Shown here in pieces: positions 1 to 12,477 of a stretch of 64,000 nt of DNA. Every line of letters begins with the position of its first letter. The first letter of the stretch is position 1. Below the pieces are notes generated by a model. The model did not search any database. It worked only from the letters and a program-made list of their open reading frames with translations, and was not told where the DNA came from. A program made the position numbers and the translations under genes. Source of the DNA: Macrostomum lignano (taxonomy: Eukaryota); the NCBI GenBank assembly GCA_002269645.1, contig NIVC01002068.1, positions 62,001 through 126,000 on the forward strand, read 5' to 3'.

Positions 1-3000
1 CTGCATTCCTTTGGATGCTCAGTTACCTCTGCATTCCTATGGGTGCTCAGATACCTCTGCATTCCTTTGGATGCTCAGATACCTCTGCATTCCTATGGGT
101 GCTCAGTTACCTCTGCATTCCTATGGGTGCTCAGTTACCTCTGCATTCCTATGGGTGCTCAGATACCTCTGCATTCCTATGGGTGCTCAGTTACCTCTGC
201 ATTTCTATGGGTGCTCAGTTACCTCTGCATTCCTTTGGATGCTCAGATACCTCTGCATTCCTATGGGTGCTCAGATACCTCTGCATTCCTATGGGTGCTC
301 AGATACCTCTGCATTCCTATGGGTGCTCAGAAATCTTTTCATTCCAATGGGTGCTCAGATACCTCTGCATTCCTATGGGTGCTCAGAAATCTTTTCATTC
401 CAATGGGTGCTCAGATACCTCTGCATTCCTATGGGTGCTCAGTTACCTCTGCATTTCTATGGGTGCTCAGTTACCTCTGCATTCCTATGGGTGCTCAGAA
501 ATCTTTTCATTCCAATGGGTGCTCAGATACCTCTGCATTCCTATGGGTGCTCAGTTACCTCTGCATTCCTTTGGATGCTCAGATACCTCTGCATTCCTAT
601 GGGTGCTCAGATACCTCTGCATTCCTATGGGTGCTCAGATACCTCTGCATTCCTATGGGTGCTCAGAAATCTTTTCATTCCAATGGGTGCTCAGATACCT
701 CTGCATTCCTATGGGTGCTCAGAAATCTTTTCATTCCAATGGGTGCTCAGATACCTCTGCATTCCTATGGGTGCTCAGTTACCTCTGCATTTCTATGGGT
801 GCTCAGTTACCTCTGCATTCCTTTGGATGCTCAGATACCTCTGCATTCCTATGGGTGCTCAGATACCTCTGCATTCCTATGGGTGCTCAGTTACCTCTGC
901 ATTCCTATGGGTGCTCAGAAATCTTTTCATTCCAATGGGTGCTCAGATACCTCTGCATTCCTATGGGTGCTCAGAAATCTTTTCATTCCAATGGGTGCTC
1001 AGATATCTTTTCATTCCAATGGGTGCTCAGATATCTTTTCATTCCAATGGGTGCTCAGAAATCTTTTCATTCCTATGGGTGCTCAGAAATCTTTTCATTC
1101 CAATGGGTGCTCAGATACCTCTGCATTCCTATGGGTGCTCAGTTACCTCTGCATTCCTTTGGATGCTCAGATACCTCTGCATTCCTATGGGTGCTCAGTT
1201 ACCTCTGCATTCCTATGGGTGCTCAGTTACCTCTGCATTCCTATGGGTGCTCAGATACCTCTGCATTCCTATGGGTGCTCAGTTACCTCTGCATTTCTAT
1301 GGGTGCTCAGTTACCTCTGCATTCCTTTGGATGCTCAGATACCTCTGCATTCCTATGGGTGCTCAGATACCTCTGCATTCCTATGGGTGCTCAGTTACCT
1401 CTGCATTCCTATGGGTGCTCAGATACCTCTGCATTCCTATGGGTGCTCAGATACCTCTGCATTCCTATGGGTGCTCAGATACCTCTGCATTCCTATGGGT
1501 GCTCAGATACCTCTGCATTCCTATGGGTGCTCAGATACCTCTGCATTCCTATGGGTGCTCAGATACCTCTGCATTCCTATGGGTGCTCAGTTACCTCTGC
1601 ATTCCTATGGGTGCTCAGATACCTCTGCATTCCTATGGGTGCTCAGAAATCTCTGCATTCCTATGGGTGCTCAGTTACCTCTGCATTCCTATGGGTGCTC
1701 AGTTACCTCTGCATTCCTATGGGTGCTCAGATATCTTTTCATTCCAATGGGTGCTCAGATACCTCTGCATTCCTATGGGTGCTCAGTTACCTCTGCATTC
1801 CTATGGGTGCTCAGTTACCTCTGCATTCCTATGGGTGCTCAGTTACCTCTGCATTCCTATGGGTGCTCAGAAATCTCTGCATTCCTATGGGTGCTCAGTT
1901 ACCTCTGCATTTCTATGGGTGCTCAGTTACCTCTGCATTCCTATGGGTGCTCAGAAATCTCTGCATTCCTATGGGTACTCAGTTACCTCTGCATTCCTAT
2001 GGGTGCTCAGTTACCTCTGCATTCCTATGGGTGCTCAGTTACCTCTGCATTCCTATGGGTGCTCAGATATCTTTTCATTCCAATGGGTGCTCAGATACCT
2101 CTGCATTCCTATGGGTGCTCAGTTACCTCTGCATTTCTATGGGTGCTCAGTTACCTCTGCATTCCTTTGGGTGCTCAGTTACCTCTGCATTCCTATGGGT
2201 GCTCAGTTACCTCTGCATTCCTATGGGTGCTCAGATATCTTTTCATTCCAATGGGTGCTCAGATATATCTGCATTCCTATGGGTGCTCAGTTACCTCTGC
2301 ATTTCTATGGGTGCTCAGTTACCTCTGCATTCCTTTGGATGCTCAGATACCTCTGCATTCCTATGGGTGCTCAGATACCTCTGCATTCCTATGGGTGCTC
2401 AGTTACCTCTGCATTCCTTTGGATGCTCAGATACCTCTGCATTCCTATGGGTGCTCAGATACCTCTGCATTCCTATGGGTGCTCAGATACCTCTGCATTC
2501 CTATGGGTGCTCAGATACCTCTGCATTCCTATGGGTGCTCAGTTACCTCTGCATTCCTATGGGTGCTCAGATACCTCTGCATTCCTATGGGTGCTCAGAA
2601 ATCTCTGCATTCCTATGGGTGCTCAGTTACCTCTGCATTCCTATGGGTGCTCAGTTACCTCTGCATTCCTATGGGTGCTCAGATATCTTTTCATTCCAAT
2701 GGGTGCTCAGATACCTCTGCATTCCTATGGGTGCTCAGTTACCTCTGCATTCCTATGGGTGCTCAGTTACCTCTGCATTCCTATGGGTGCTCAGTTACCT
2801 CTGCATTCCTATGGGTGCTCAGAAATCTCTGCATTCCTATGGGTGCTCAGTTACCTCTGCATTTCTATGGGTGCTCAGTTACCTCTGCATTCCTATGGGT
2901 GCTCAGAAATCTCTGCATTCCTATGGGTACTCAGTTACCTCTGCATTCCTATGGGTGCTCAGTTACCTCTGCATTCCTATGGGTGCTCAGTTACCTCTGC

Positions 3001-6000
3001 ATTCCTATGGGTGCTCAGATATCTTTTCATTCCAATGGGTGCTCAGATACCTCTGCATTCCTATGGGTGCTCAGTTACCTCTGCATTTCTATGGGTGCTC
3101 AGTTACCTCTGCATTCCTTTGGGTGCTCAGTTACCTCTGCATTCCTATGGGTGCTCAGTTACCTCTGCATTCCTATGGGTGCTCAGATATCTTTTCATTC
3201 CAATGGGTGCTCAGATATATCTGCATTCCTATGGGTGCTCAGTTACCTCTGCATTTCTATGGGTGCTCAGTTACCTCTGCATTCCTTTGGATGCTCAGAT
3301 ACCTCTGCATTCCTATGGGTGCTCAGATACCTCTGCATTCCTATGGGTGCTCAGTTACCTCTGCATTCCTTTGGATGCTCAGATACCTCTGCATTCCTAT
3401 GGGTGCTCAGATACCTCTGCATTCCTATGGGTGCTCAGAAATCTTTTCATTCTAATGGGTGCTCAGATACCTCTGCATTTCTATGGGTGCTCAGTTACCT
3501 CTGCATTCCTTTGGATGCTCAGTTACCTCTGCATTCCTATGGGTGCTCAGATACCTCTGCATTCCTTTGGATGCTCAGATACCTCTGCATTCCTATGGGT
3601 GCTCAGTTACCTCTGCATTCCTATGGGTGCTCAGTTACCTCTGCATTCCTATGGGTGCTCAGATACCTCTGCATTCCTATGGGTGCTCAGTTACCTCTGC
3701 ATTTCTATGGGTGCTCAGTTACCTCTGCATTCCTTTGGATGCTCAGATACCTCTGCATTCCTATGGGTGCTCAGATACCTCTGCATTCCTATGGGTGCTC
3801 AGATACCTCTGCATTCCTATGGGTGCTCAGAAATCTTTTCATTCCAATGGGTGCTCAGATACCTCTGCATTCCTATGGGTGCTCAGAAATCTTTTCATTC
3901 CAATGGGTGCTCAGATACCTCTGCATTCCTATGGGTGCTCAGTTACCTCTGCATTTCTATGGGTGCTCAGTTACCTCTGCATTCCTATGGGTGCTCAGAA
4001 ATCTTTTCATTCCAATGGGTGCTCAGATACCTCTGCATTCCTATGGGTGCTCAGTTACCTCTGCATTCCTTTGGATGCTCAGATACCTCTGCATTCCTAT
4101 GGGTGCTCAGATACCTCTGCATTCCTATGGGTGCTCAGATACCTCTGCATTCCTATGGGTGCTCAGTTACCTCTGCATTCCTTTGGATGCTCAGATACCT
4201 CTGCATTCCTATGGGTGCTCAGATACCTCTGCATTCCTATGGGTGCTCAGAAATCTTTTCATTCCAATGGGTGCTCAGATACCTCTGCATTCCTATGGGT
4301 GCTCAGAAATCTTTTCATTCCAATGGGTGCTCAGATATCTTTTCATTCCAATGGGTGCTCAGATATCTTTTCATTCCAATGGGTGCTCAGAAATCTTTTC
4401 ATTCCTATGGGTGCTCAGAAATCTTTTCATTCCAATGGGTGCTCAGATACCTCTGCATTCCTATGGGTGCTCAGTTACCTCTGCATTCCTTTGGATGCTC
4501 AGATACCTCTGCATTCCTGTGGGTGCTCAGTTACCTCTGCATTCCTATGGGTGCTCAGTTACCTCTGCATTCCTATGGGTGCTCAGATACCTCTGCATTC
4601 CTATGGGTGCTCAGTTACCTCTGCATTCTATGGGTGCTCAGTTACCTCTGCATTCCTTTGGATGCTCAGATACCTCTGCATTCCTATGGGTGCTCAGTTA
4701 CCTCTGCATTCCTATGGGTGCTCAGTTACCTCTGCATTCCTATGGGTGCTCAGATACCTCTGCATTCCTATGGGTGCTCAGTTACCTCTGCATTTCTATG
4801 GGTGCTCAGTTACCTCTGCATTCCTTTGGATGCTCAGATACCTCTGCATTCCTATGGGTGCTCAGATACCTCTGCATTCCTATGGGTGCTCAGTTACCTC
4901 TGCATTCCTATGGGTGCTCAGATACCTCTGCATTCCTATGGGTGCTCAGATACCTCTGCATTCCTATGGGTGCTCAGATACCTCTGCATTCCTATGGGTG
5001 CTCAGATACCTCTGCATTCCTATGGGTGCTCAGATACCTCTGCATTCCTATGGGTGCTCAGATACCTCTGCATTCCTATGGGTGCTCAGATACCTCTGCA
5101 TTCCTATGGGTGCTCAGTTACCTCTGCATTCCTATGGGTGCTCAGATACCTCTGCATTCCTATGGGTGCTCAGAAATCTCTGCATTCCTATGGGTGCTCA
5201 GATACCTCTGCATTCCTATGGGTGCTCAGTTACCTCTGCATTCCTATGGGTGCTCAGATATCTTTTCATTCCAATGGGTGCTCAGATACCTCTGCATTCC
5301 TATGGGTGCTCAGTTACCTCTGCATTCCTATGGGTGCTCAGTTACCTCTGCATTCCTATGGGTGCTCAGTTACCTCTGCATTCCTATGGGTGCTCAGATA
5401 CCTCTGCATTCCTATGGGTGCTCAGTTACCTCTGCATTTCTATGGGTGCTCAGTTACCTCTGCATTCCTATGGGTGCTCAGAAATCTCTGCATTCCTATG
5501 GGTACTCAGTTACCTCTGCATTCCTATGGGTGCTCAGTTACCTCTGCATTCCTATGGGTGCTCAGTTACCTCTGCATTCCTATGGGTGCTCAGATATCTT
5601 TTCATTCCAATGGGTGCTCAGATACCTCTGCATTCCTATGGGTGCTCAGTTACCTCTGCATTTCTATGGGTGCTCAGTTACCTCTGCATTCCTTTGGGTG
5701 CTCAGTTACCTCTGCATTCCTATGGGTGCTCAGTTACCTCTGCATTCCTATGGGTGCTCAGATATCTTTTCATTCCAATGGGTGCTCAGATATCTCTGCA
5801 TTCCTATGGGTGCTCAGTTACCTCTGCATTTCTATGGGTGCTCAGTTACCTCTGCATTCCTTTGGATGCTCAGATACCTCTGCATTCCTATGGGTGCTCA
5901 GATACCTCTGCATTCCTATGGGTGCTCAGTTACCTCTGCATTCCTTTGGATGCTCAGATACCTCTGCATTCCTATGGGTGCTCAGATACCTCTGCATTCC

Positions 6001-7476
6001 TATGGGTGCTCAGAAATCTTTTCATTCTAATGGGTGCTCAGATACCTCTGCATTTCTATGGGTGCTCAGTTACCTCTGCATTCCTTTGGATGCTCAGTTA
6101 CCTCTGCATTCCTATGGGTGCTCAGTTACCTCTGCATTCCTTTGGATGCTCAGATACCTCTGCATTCCTATGGGTGCTCAGTTACCTCTGCATTCCTATG
6201 GGTGCTCAGTTACCTCTGCATTCCTATGGGTGCTCAGATACCTCTGCATTCCTATGGGTGCTCAGTTACCTCTGCATTTCTATGGGTGCTCAGTTACCTC
6301 TGCATTCCTTTGGATGCTCAGATACCTCTGCATTCCTATGGGTGCTCAGATACCTCTGCATTCCTATGGGTGCTCAGATACCTCTGCATTCCTATGGGTG
6401 CTCAGAAATCTTTTCATTCCAATGGGTGCTCAGATACCTCTGCATTCCTATGGGTGCTCAGAAATCTTTTCATTCCAATGGGTGCTCAGATACCTCTGCA
6501 TTCCTATGGGTGCTCAGTTACCTCTGCATTTCTATGGGTGCTCAGTTACCTCTGCATTCCTATGGGTGCTCAGAAATCTTTTCATTCCAATGGGTGCTCA
6601 GATACCTCTGCATTCCTATGGGTGCTCAGTTACCTCTGCATTCCTTTGGATGCTCAGATACCTCTGCATTCCTATGGGTGCTCAGATACCTCTGCATTCC
6701 TATGGGTGCTCAGATACCTCTGCATTCCTATGGGTGCTCAGTTACCTCTGCATTCCTTTGGATGCTCAGATACCTCTGCATTCCTATGGGTGCTCAGATA
6801 CCTCTGCATTCCTATGGGTGCTCAGAAATCTTTTCATTCCAATGGGTGCTCAGATACCTCTGCATTCCTATGGGTGCTCAGAAATCTTTTCATTCCAATG
6901 GGTGCTCAGATATCTTTTCATTCCAATGGGTGCTCAGATATCTTTTCATTCCAATGGGTGCTCAGAAATCTTTTCATTCCTATGGGTGCTCAGAAATCTT
7001 TTCATTCCAATGGGTGCTCAGATACCTCTGCATTCCTATGGGTGCTCAGTTACCTCTGCATTCCTTTGGATGCTCAGATACCTCTGCATTCCTGTGGGTG
7101 CTCAGTTACCTCTGCATTCCTATGGGTGCTCAGTTACCTCTGCATTCCTATGGGTGCTCAGATACCTCTGCATTCCTATGGGTGCTCAGTTACCTCTGCA
7201 TTTCTATGGGTGCTCAGTTACCTCTGCATTCCTTTGGATGCTCAGATACCTCTGCATTCCTATGGGTGCTCAGATACCTCTGCATTCCTATGGGTGCTCA
7301 GTTACCTCTGCATTCCTATGGGTGCTCAGATACCTCTGCATTCCTATGGGTGCTCAGATACCTCTGCATTCCTATGGGTGCTCAGATACCTCTGCATTCC
7401 TATGGGTGCTCAGATACCTCTGCATTCCTATGGGTGCTCAGATATCTTTTCATTCCAATGGGTGCTCAGATATCTT
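1..7476. repeat. 28-bp satellite array (~265 monomers, runs off the left edge) with higher-order repeats
   Basis: Consensus CTGCATTCCTATGGGTGCTCAG(A/T)TACCT, with recurrent variants (TTTGGA, TTTCATTCCAATGGG, GAAATCT). Rare variants recur at 952 bp (34 monomers) and 2575 bp (92 monomers minus 1 nt). The array ends abruptly at ~7476. Confidence 0.98.
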
Positions 7477-8120
7477 AATCCATAAAAAATGCGTACTTAA
7501 TCCTTACGATTATTCATTGACAATCTTAATTTAAAACACTGACTAATCCCAAGCATTCATTTAGGGCCTTAAACTGTCTTTAGCATTTCAATTAATGAAC
7601 CTTAATGCATATTTAGTTAGTTTTTAGACACCAAAAATGAGAGAAACGAAAGGAAAATGTAAAGTACCTTTTAATAAAGAAAGTTTTTGGGTATTAAAAT
7701 ATATATTGTTTCTAAACAAACAGAAGCGTATGGCAATGAAAGATGCATGGGTGAAGTAAAAGAATGAAAAAATATCTAAATATTTCTCATACTATCTATA
7801 TCTACCTTAAAATAGCTATGTACACAACTATTAAATTGTTTAACAATGTTGCAATAAGAGTGTTAAACACAAAAGGTCAAGATGGAAGTTGCCACTTTGG
7901 AGGAAAAGGGTGCACGAAGAAGCAATAATCGTAGCAATAATTTTTACTATATAATTACAATACAATACAATCTATATATTATACGATATAATGTATGTCA
8001 TGCCATGTACGTCATGATCATTATATGACGATGAACAAAAGCGCTAATGAGTTCGAGCTGACGCGTGTCGCAGCTGACGGGTGTCCGAGATGACGTGTTG
8101 ACATGTTGACAGAGCGGCAC

Positions 8121-10064
8121 TCAGTCAGGCTGACACAAAAGAGGAAGTTTTAGTCAAATATTATACAAATCCTATTTGGATGCAATATTTTTATATGCCA
8201 ATATAAATTTACCTCAAGCTTCACAGCACTTGACCCACCGGAACGGTCAGCATCAGGCATACTGACATCTCTCGATATAGGACTGCGAGACTGCAAAAAA
8301 TCGAAAGAATAAAATTGAAAGAAGAAACATAAATTTCTTTTTTTTTAAATTAAACCTCAACCCAATGAAAACGGAACCCAGGCTAACAAGCGTTCTAGAG
8401 GGTCACTTGCATCGTTTCAGAGTCCTTGCAGGTAACGCAGGTAAATAGAAAAGAAATGACACTAGATGACTCCAAAAAGGACGACATGTCACGGCACAAT
8501 TCACCAAAGAGTCAATTTGAGGCGTTTTATTGTCTGAGACTCTGGGGCGCTTTTATAACGACTCTGGGGCCGCAGAGTCGTATCTGAGGCGTACTAGAGT
8601 CGCTGTAGAATCACCGAGTTGCGTCTGAAGCGCATCTGCGACACTTGATGAATTATAATTGCATTCCGCATTTATAACGGCTCTATTTAGTCTACTTGAA
8701 GTAGTAGAAAGATAAGCGCCTAAGCACAACGACTCTTGGATGACTTTTTTGCCATTTTTCCCGATTCTGCAACTTCCGTGATGCGCCCGTGACTCAACAT
8801 TTGCCTCTGCGTTTGCCAGTCGTTTGAGTCGTTAAAAAGTCAGACACGCCCCAGAGCAGCTGGGGTCACCAATCACATTGCTTAACTGATTCTACGTGTT
8901 ACTAAATATAAAAAACAGAAGAGCTCACCCGAGCTTTGCATTTTATTCCGCACTGCGAACTGTGCTTACGTGAGCTTCTCGTCTTCAACATGCACTGCAA
9001 GTTCGGCAGTTGGGCCTGGGAATGAGGGGCGGTTAGGACTCAGAAGAGCTGCAGGAGAGCATTGCACAGAATGGCTACAAGAACTCACGCTATTCTTAAC
9101 CGACTGTTTAACGGTCGATGGGCCATTGTTTCTGAAAACCTCCAAATTTGGCAATGATTTGGCCCCAGAATTAGGGTTAATAGAAATGCTTTGATAATTA
9201 TTTGTCGAATGGGAGCTATGGAAGTGCTCATGCTCAGCCTTTGTAGATAGAGAGCAAGCCAAAGGCGACACTGTGACAGTGGCAAGCTGCTGCAAAGATG
9301 GTGTTGGCTTGCCACTGAAGATAGACAGAGCAGGTATTGAGTTCGGCGGGACAGCAACCTCTGGCCGTGGCTCCAAGCTTGTCGCAGATGAAGGATCAGG
9401 CAGCTGCTGCTGGTCGTCACCATCAGCAATGTCCGGCTGCAAAGAGATAGAAATCAAGAATGCTATATAAAGTACACCTGTGCGTTCGTCAAACATAGAC
9501 GCAGCAGCTCTCCTTCATAGGATCAGAACGGGAATCCGGCCCGCTCCATTTTTTGTCTGTTCTTAGCTCTATTCTCTCTCCCTTTCTCTCCCTCCTTTCC
9601 CCTTGCAGGAGGCAAGATTCAGGTGGGATTAATCGGTAAACTACTACTCGGATGCCACAAGCTAATGCAGATTTGTCCACAAAAATGACTTACTATCTGG
9701 ACTGCTCCATCACAATTCCCATCGTGATTGTCAAAGGCGTACGCCACACAATTTGTTGTCTTGGTAATCGCAGTCTGGCCCGGGAGCTTTTCCTTGTCAA
9801 TCGCGGATCGGTCCGCGATAGTAGCTTTGGAAGAGTCTGCATGTCCAAAGAAGGAAAGCTTCGGAAGCGGCTCTGAAGCCTACGGTAAAATAATTGTGAA
9901 GTTCGTGGCAAGAAGTAAAATACTACTTATCAATTGTGTATGAATACTGGCAATGCTAAAATATACATACCAAATTCAAAGGAGGATTAGGCACGTCATG
10001 CGTCTTACGATCACAGTCAGTGGATTCTGTACCGTTGACCGCGGTGTTCGCCATTTATTTGAAG
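8121..10064 (-). CDS. Partial multi-exon gene, uncharacterised Ser/Pro-rich protein (5' exon(s) not found)
   Basis: Candidate exons 10064-10009, 9879-9694, 9436-8970, 8282-8213 and 8129-8121 are joined by GT-AG introns (donors GTAAGA, GTAAGT, GTAAGC, GTAAAT) with compatible phases. This gives one open frame: ...ASEPLPKLSFFG...GAVQI|PDIADGDD...EKLT|PISRDVS...VKLE|PD*. No recognisable domain. Confidence 0.5.
8540..8856. mobile_element. Possible degenerate MITE inside an intron
   Basis: Inverted CTCTGGGGCG / CGCCCCAGAG plus a second inverted motif TAACGACTC / GAGTCGTTA. No TSD found. Confidence 0.3.
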
Positions 10065-10176
10065 CTGAAAATGAAAACTTTAGCGTTTAAAACTGACTGT
10101 CTGATGATAGGACTAACCACAGGATGTCTCCATCTACAAATAAAACTCCCTAAACCTAATTCCAGCTCTGCCACCC

Positions 10177-10831
10177 TGATCTCCAGGCTGCTCTGCATAC
10201 TGAAAGAGAACATGATCTGTGAGTCTCTAGGCTGCTCTGTATACTGAAAGAGAACATGATCTGTGAGTCTCTAGGCTGCTCTGTATACTGAAAGAGAACA
10301 TGATCTGTGAGTCTCCAGGCTGCTCTGCATACTGAAAGAGAACATGATCTGTGAGTCTCTAGGCTGCTCTGTATACTGAAAGAGAACATGATCTGTGAGT
10401 CTCTAGGCTGCTCTGTATACTGAAAGAGAACATGATCTGTGAGTCTCTAGGCTGCTCTGTATACTGAAAGAGAACATGATCTGTGAGTCTCTAGGCTGCT
10501 CTGTATACTGAAAGAGAACATGATCTGTGAGTCTCTAGGCTGCTCTGCATACTGTAAGAGAACATGATCTGTGAGTCTCTAGGCTGCTCTGTATACTGAA
10601 AGAGAACATGATCTGTGAGTCTCCAGGCTGCTCTGCATACTGAAAGAGAACATGATCTGTGAGTCTCCAGGCTGCTCTGCATACTGAAAGAGAACATGAT
10701 CTGTGAGTCTCTAGGCTGCTCTGCATACTGAAAGAGAACATGATCTGTGAGTCTCTAGGCTGCTCTGCATACTGAAAGAGAACATGATCTGTGAGTCTCT
10801 AGGCTGCTCTGCATACTGAAAAAGAACATGA
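10177..10831. repeat. 44-bp minisatellite (~15 copies)
   Basis: Unit CTC(T/C)AGGCTGCTCTG(T/C)ATACTGAAAGAGAACATGATCTGTGAGT. Period checked at 10181/10225. Confidence 0.97.
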
Positions 10832-11654
10832 AAGAAGGCTAAGGCAAGGACACTTTGATCACAACAGACTGGAAACAAAACAAAAAAATCTTCAATTCAA
10901 ATTTTTTTACTACAAACAAGCGCATTGTCGCTGCGCTACCAGCCAATCTGCAACCCAGGGCCCAGACAGAACAACTCACACATATAATAAACGCTCAATA
11001 AATAAACATCAATAAACAAAGGAAACAGAATAATATAATGTCAGAGCAAGTCAAGATTAAAAGATTTATATGGATACAGTTAGCGCATTAACCCAACACA
11101 TTACACCATGAGGTGCTAGGTGTGTAGACCAGGGAGTGGATCGCATGATTTCACTAAACGCAAAAGCTGAATCAATCAATCAATCACAGTCTGCGCATCA
11201 GACTTGACAGCGACTGAGCAGACAAAAAAGATGCGACTGGTTTCATAGAAACGCGGGATTAGTGCAGATTGCGGAGACAAAACGGGTAAGCAGAATATTA
11301 ATGCACAGTGCACACTTATATATCATATTTAAACCGTAACCAATTGAGATGAGCCCCGCACCGACCGTGAAATATAAGAGCATTGATGACATTTAGCCAC
11401 AACAATTAAAGTCATCAATCCGTTGCGATTGAGTAATCACAGCTCTCTGTGATAACACAAAATAATGAGGAATAATGGAAGATTTGTATAACATAGCCTT
11501 TCATCTTTATATAATGCTCTGATAGTTGCTGAAGCTAAATCACAAAAATAAAAACTATTGACAACGTAGAACCACTCTTGGCTGCTCGACATAAAAAGAA
11601 TTAAGCTGGCGTGAATGCTTCGATGTGAAAAATAATGTCAATCATGTGTGCTAC

Positions 11655-11892
11655 GTACATTGGGGGATGGACTGGTCGGGACTACACATTTTGGTGAGGG
11701 GGCTGGGAGGGAGTGTACACTGGGGTAAGGGAGCCGGTCAGGAGTGTACATTGGGGTTAAGGGAGCGGGTCGGGAGTGTACATTGGGGTAAGGGAGCTAG
11801 CTGGTCGGGAGTGTACATTTGGGTAAGGGAGCTAGCTGGTCGGGAGTGTACATTGGGGTAAGAGGGCTGGTGAGGAGAGTGTACATTGGGGT
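11655..11892 (+). repeat. Degenerate G-rich repeat with G-quadruplex potential
   Basis: Repeated GGGAGTGTACA(T/C)TGGGGTAAGGGAG motifs with closely spaced GGG/GGGG runs. Confidence 0.7.
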
Positions 11893-12477
11893 GCATTTAC
11901 CCTAGCAGCTAGTGTCAGCGATTAAAAAGTAATTAAGTAATAAAGTAATTCTTTGGAAATAATTAAGTTTCCAAAGAAATTTAACCGTCCTCATTTCATC
12001 ACCTTCTTCTACTTGAAGTCGTGGCCAACAGAAAGAAGATTAAAGCAACACACAAGACAAGCAAAAAAATGGCAGAGCGCAAAAGTAACGATCACCAAAG
12101 ATTCGATACAGAGTTAGCAAACAGATTAATTCACGAGTGTACATAAATATTTTTGGCGAATAAAGATCGGGCATTGATTTTAACCAAAACACAGACACAC
12201 ACAACAATATAGAACAGCAATATAGGACAATTCAATGCAGAATGTAATAATAAATACCCAAATCAATTTTTGCAGTGCAAGCTCGTTAAGAATCCGAGCT
12301 ATTTGCATAACGAATGAATTAAAAGTAAGTCAGTTAGAAACTAAAAAGCAAATTCTCATAACTATTATCAATTCCCATAGATAATAATTTTATTATCTTT
12401 TTGAATTTACGCAAACATTTTTCCTTACTTTCAGTAGCGCAGTTGGGACATGCCTAACTTAATGTATCCAAAAAAAT

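Noticed and set aside
1-7476. CRISPR-like array
   Set aside because: The monomers are contiguous with no unique spacers, there are no cas genes, and the context is eukaryotic. The same applies to the other arrays.
11-7534. Giant + strand ORFs (2507, 1995, 1339, 1146 aa)
   Set aside because: They arise because the 28-bp monomer lacks a stop trinucleotide on this strand. All three frames give the same permuted peptide, and there is no promoter, splice or compositional support.
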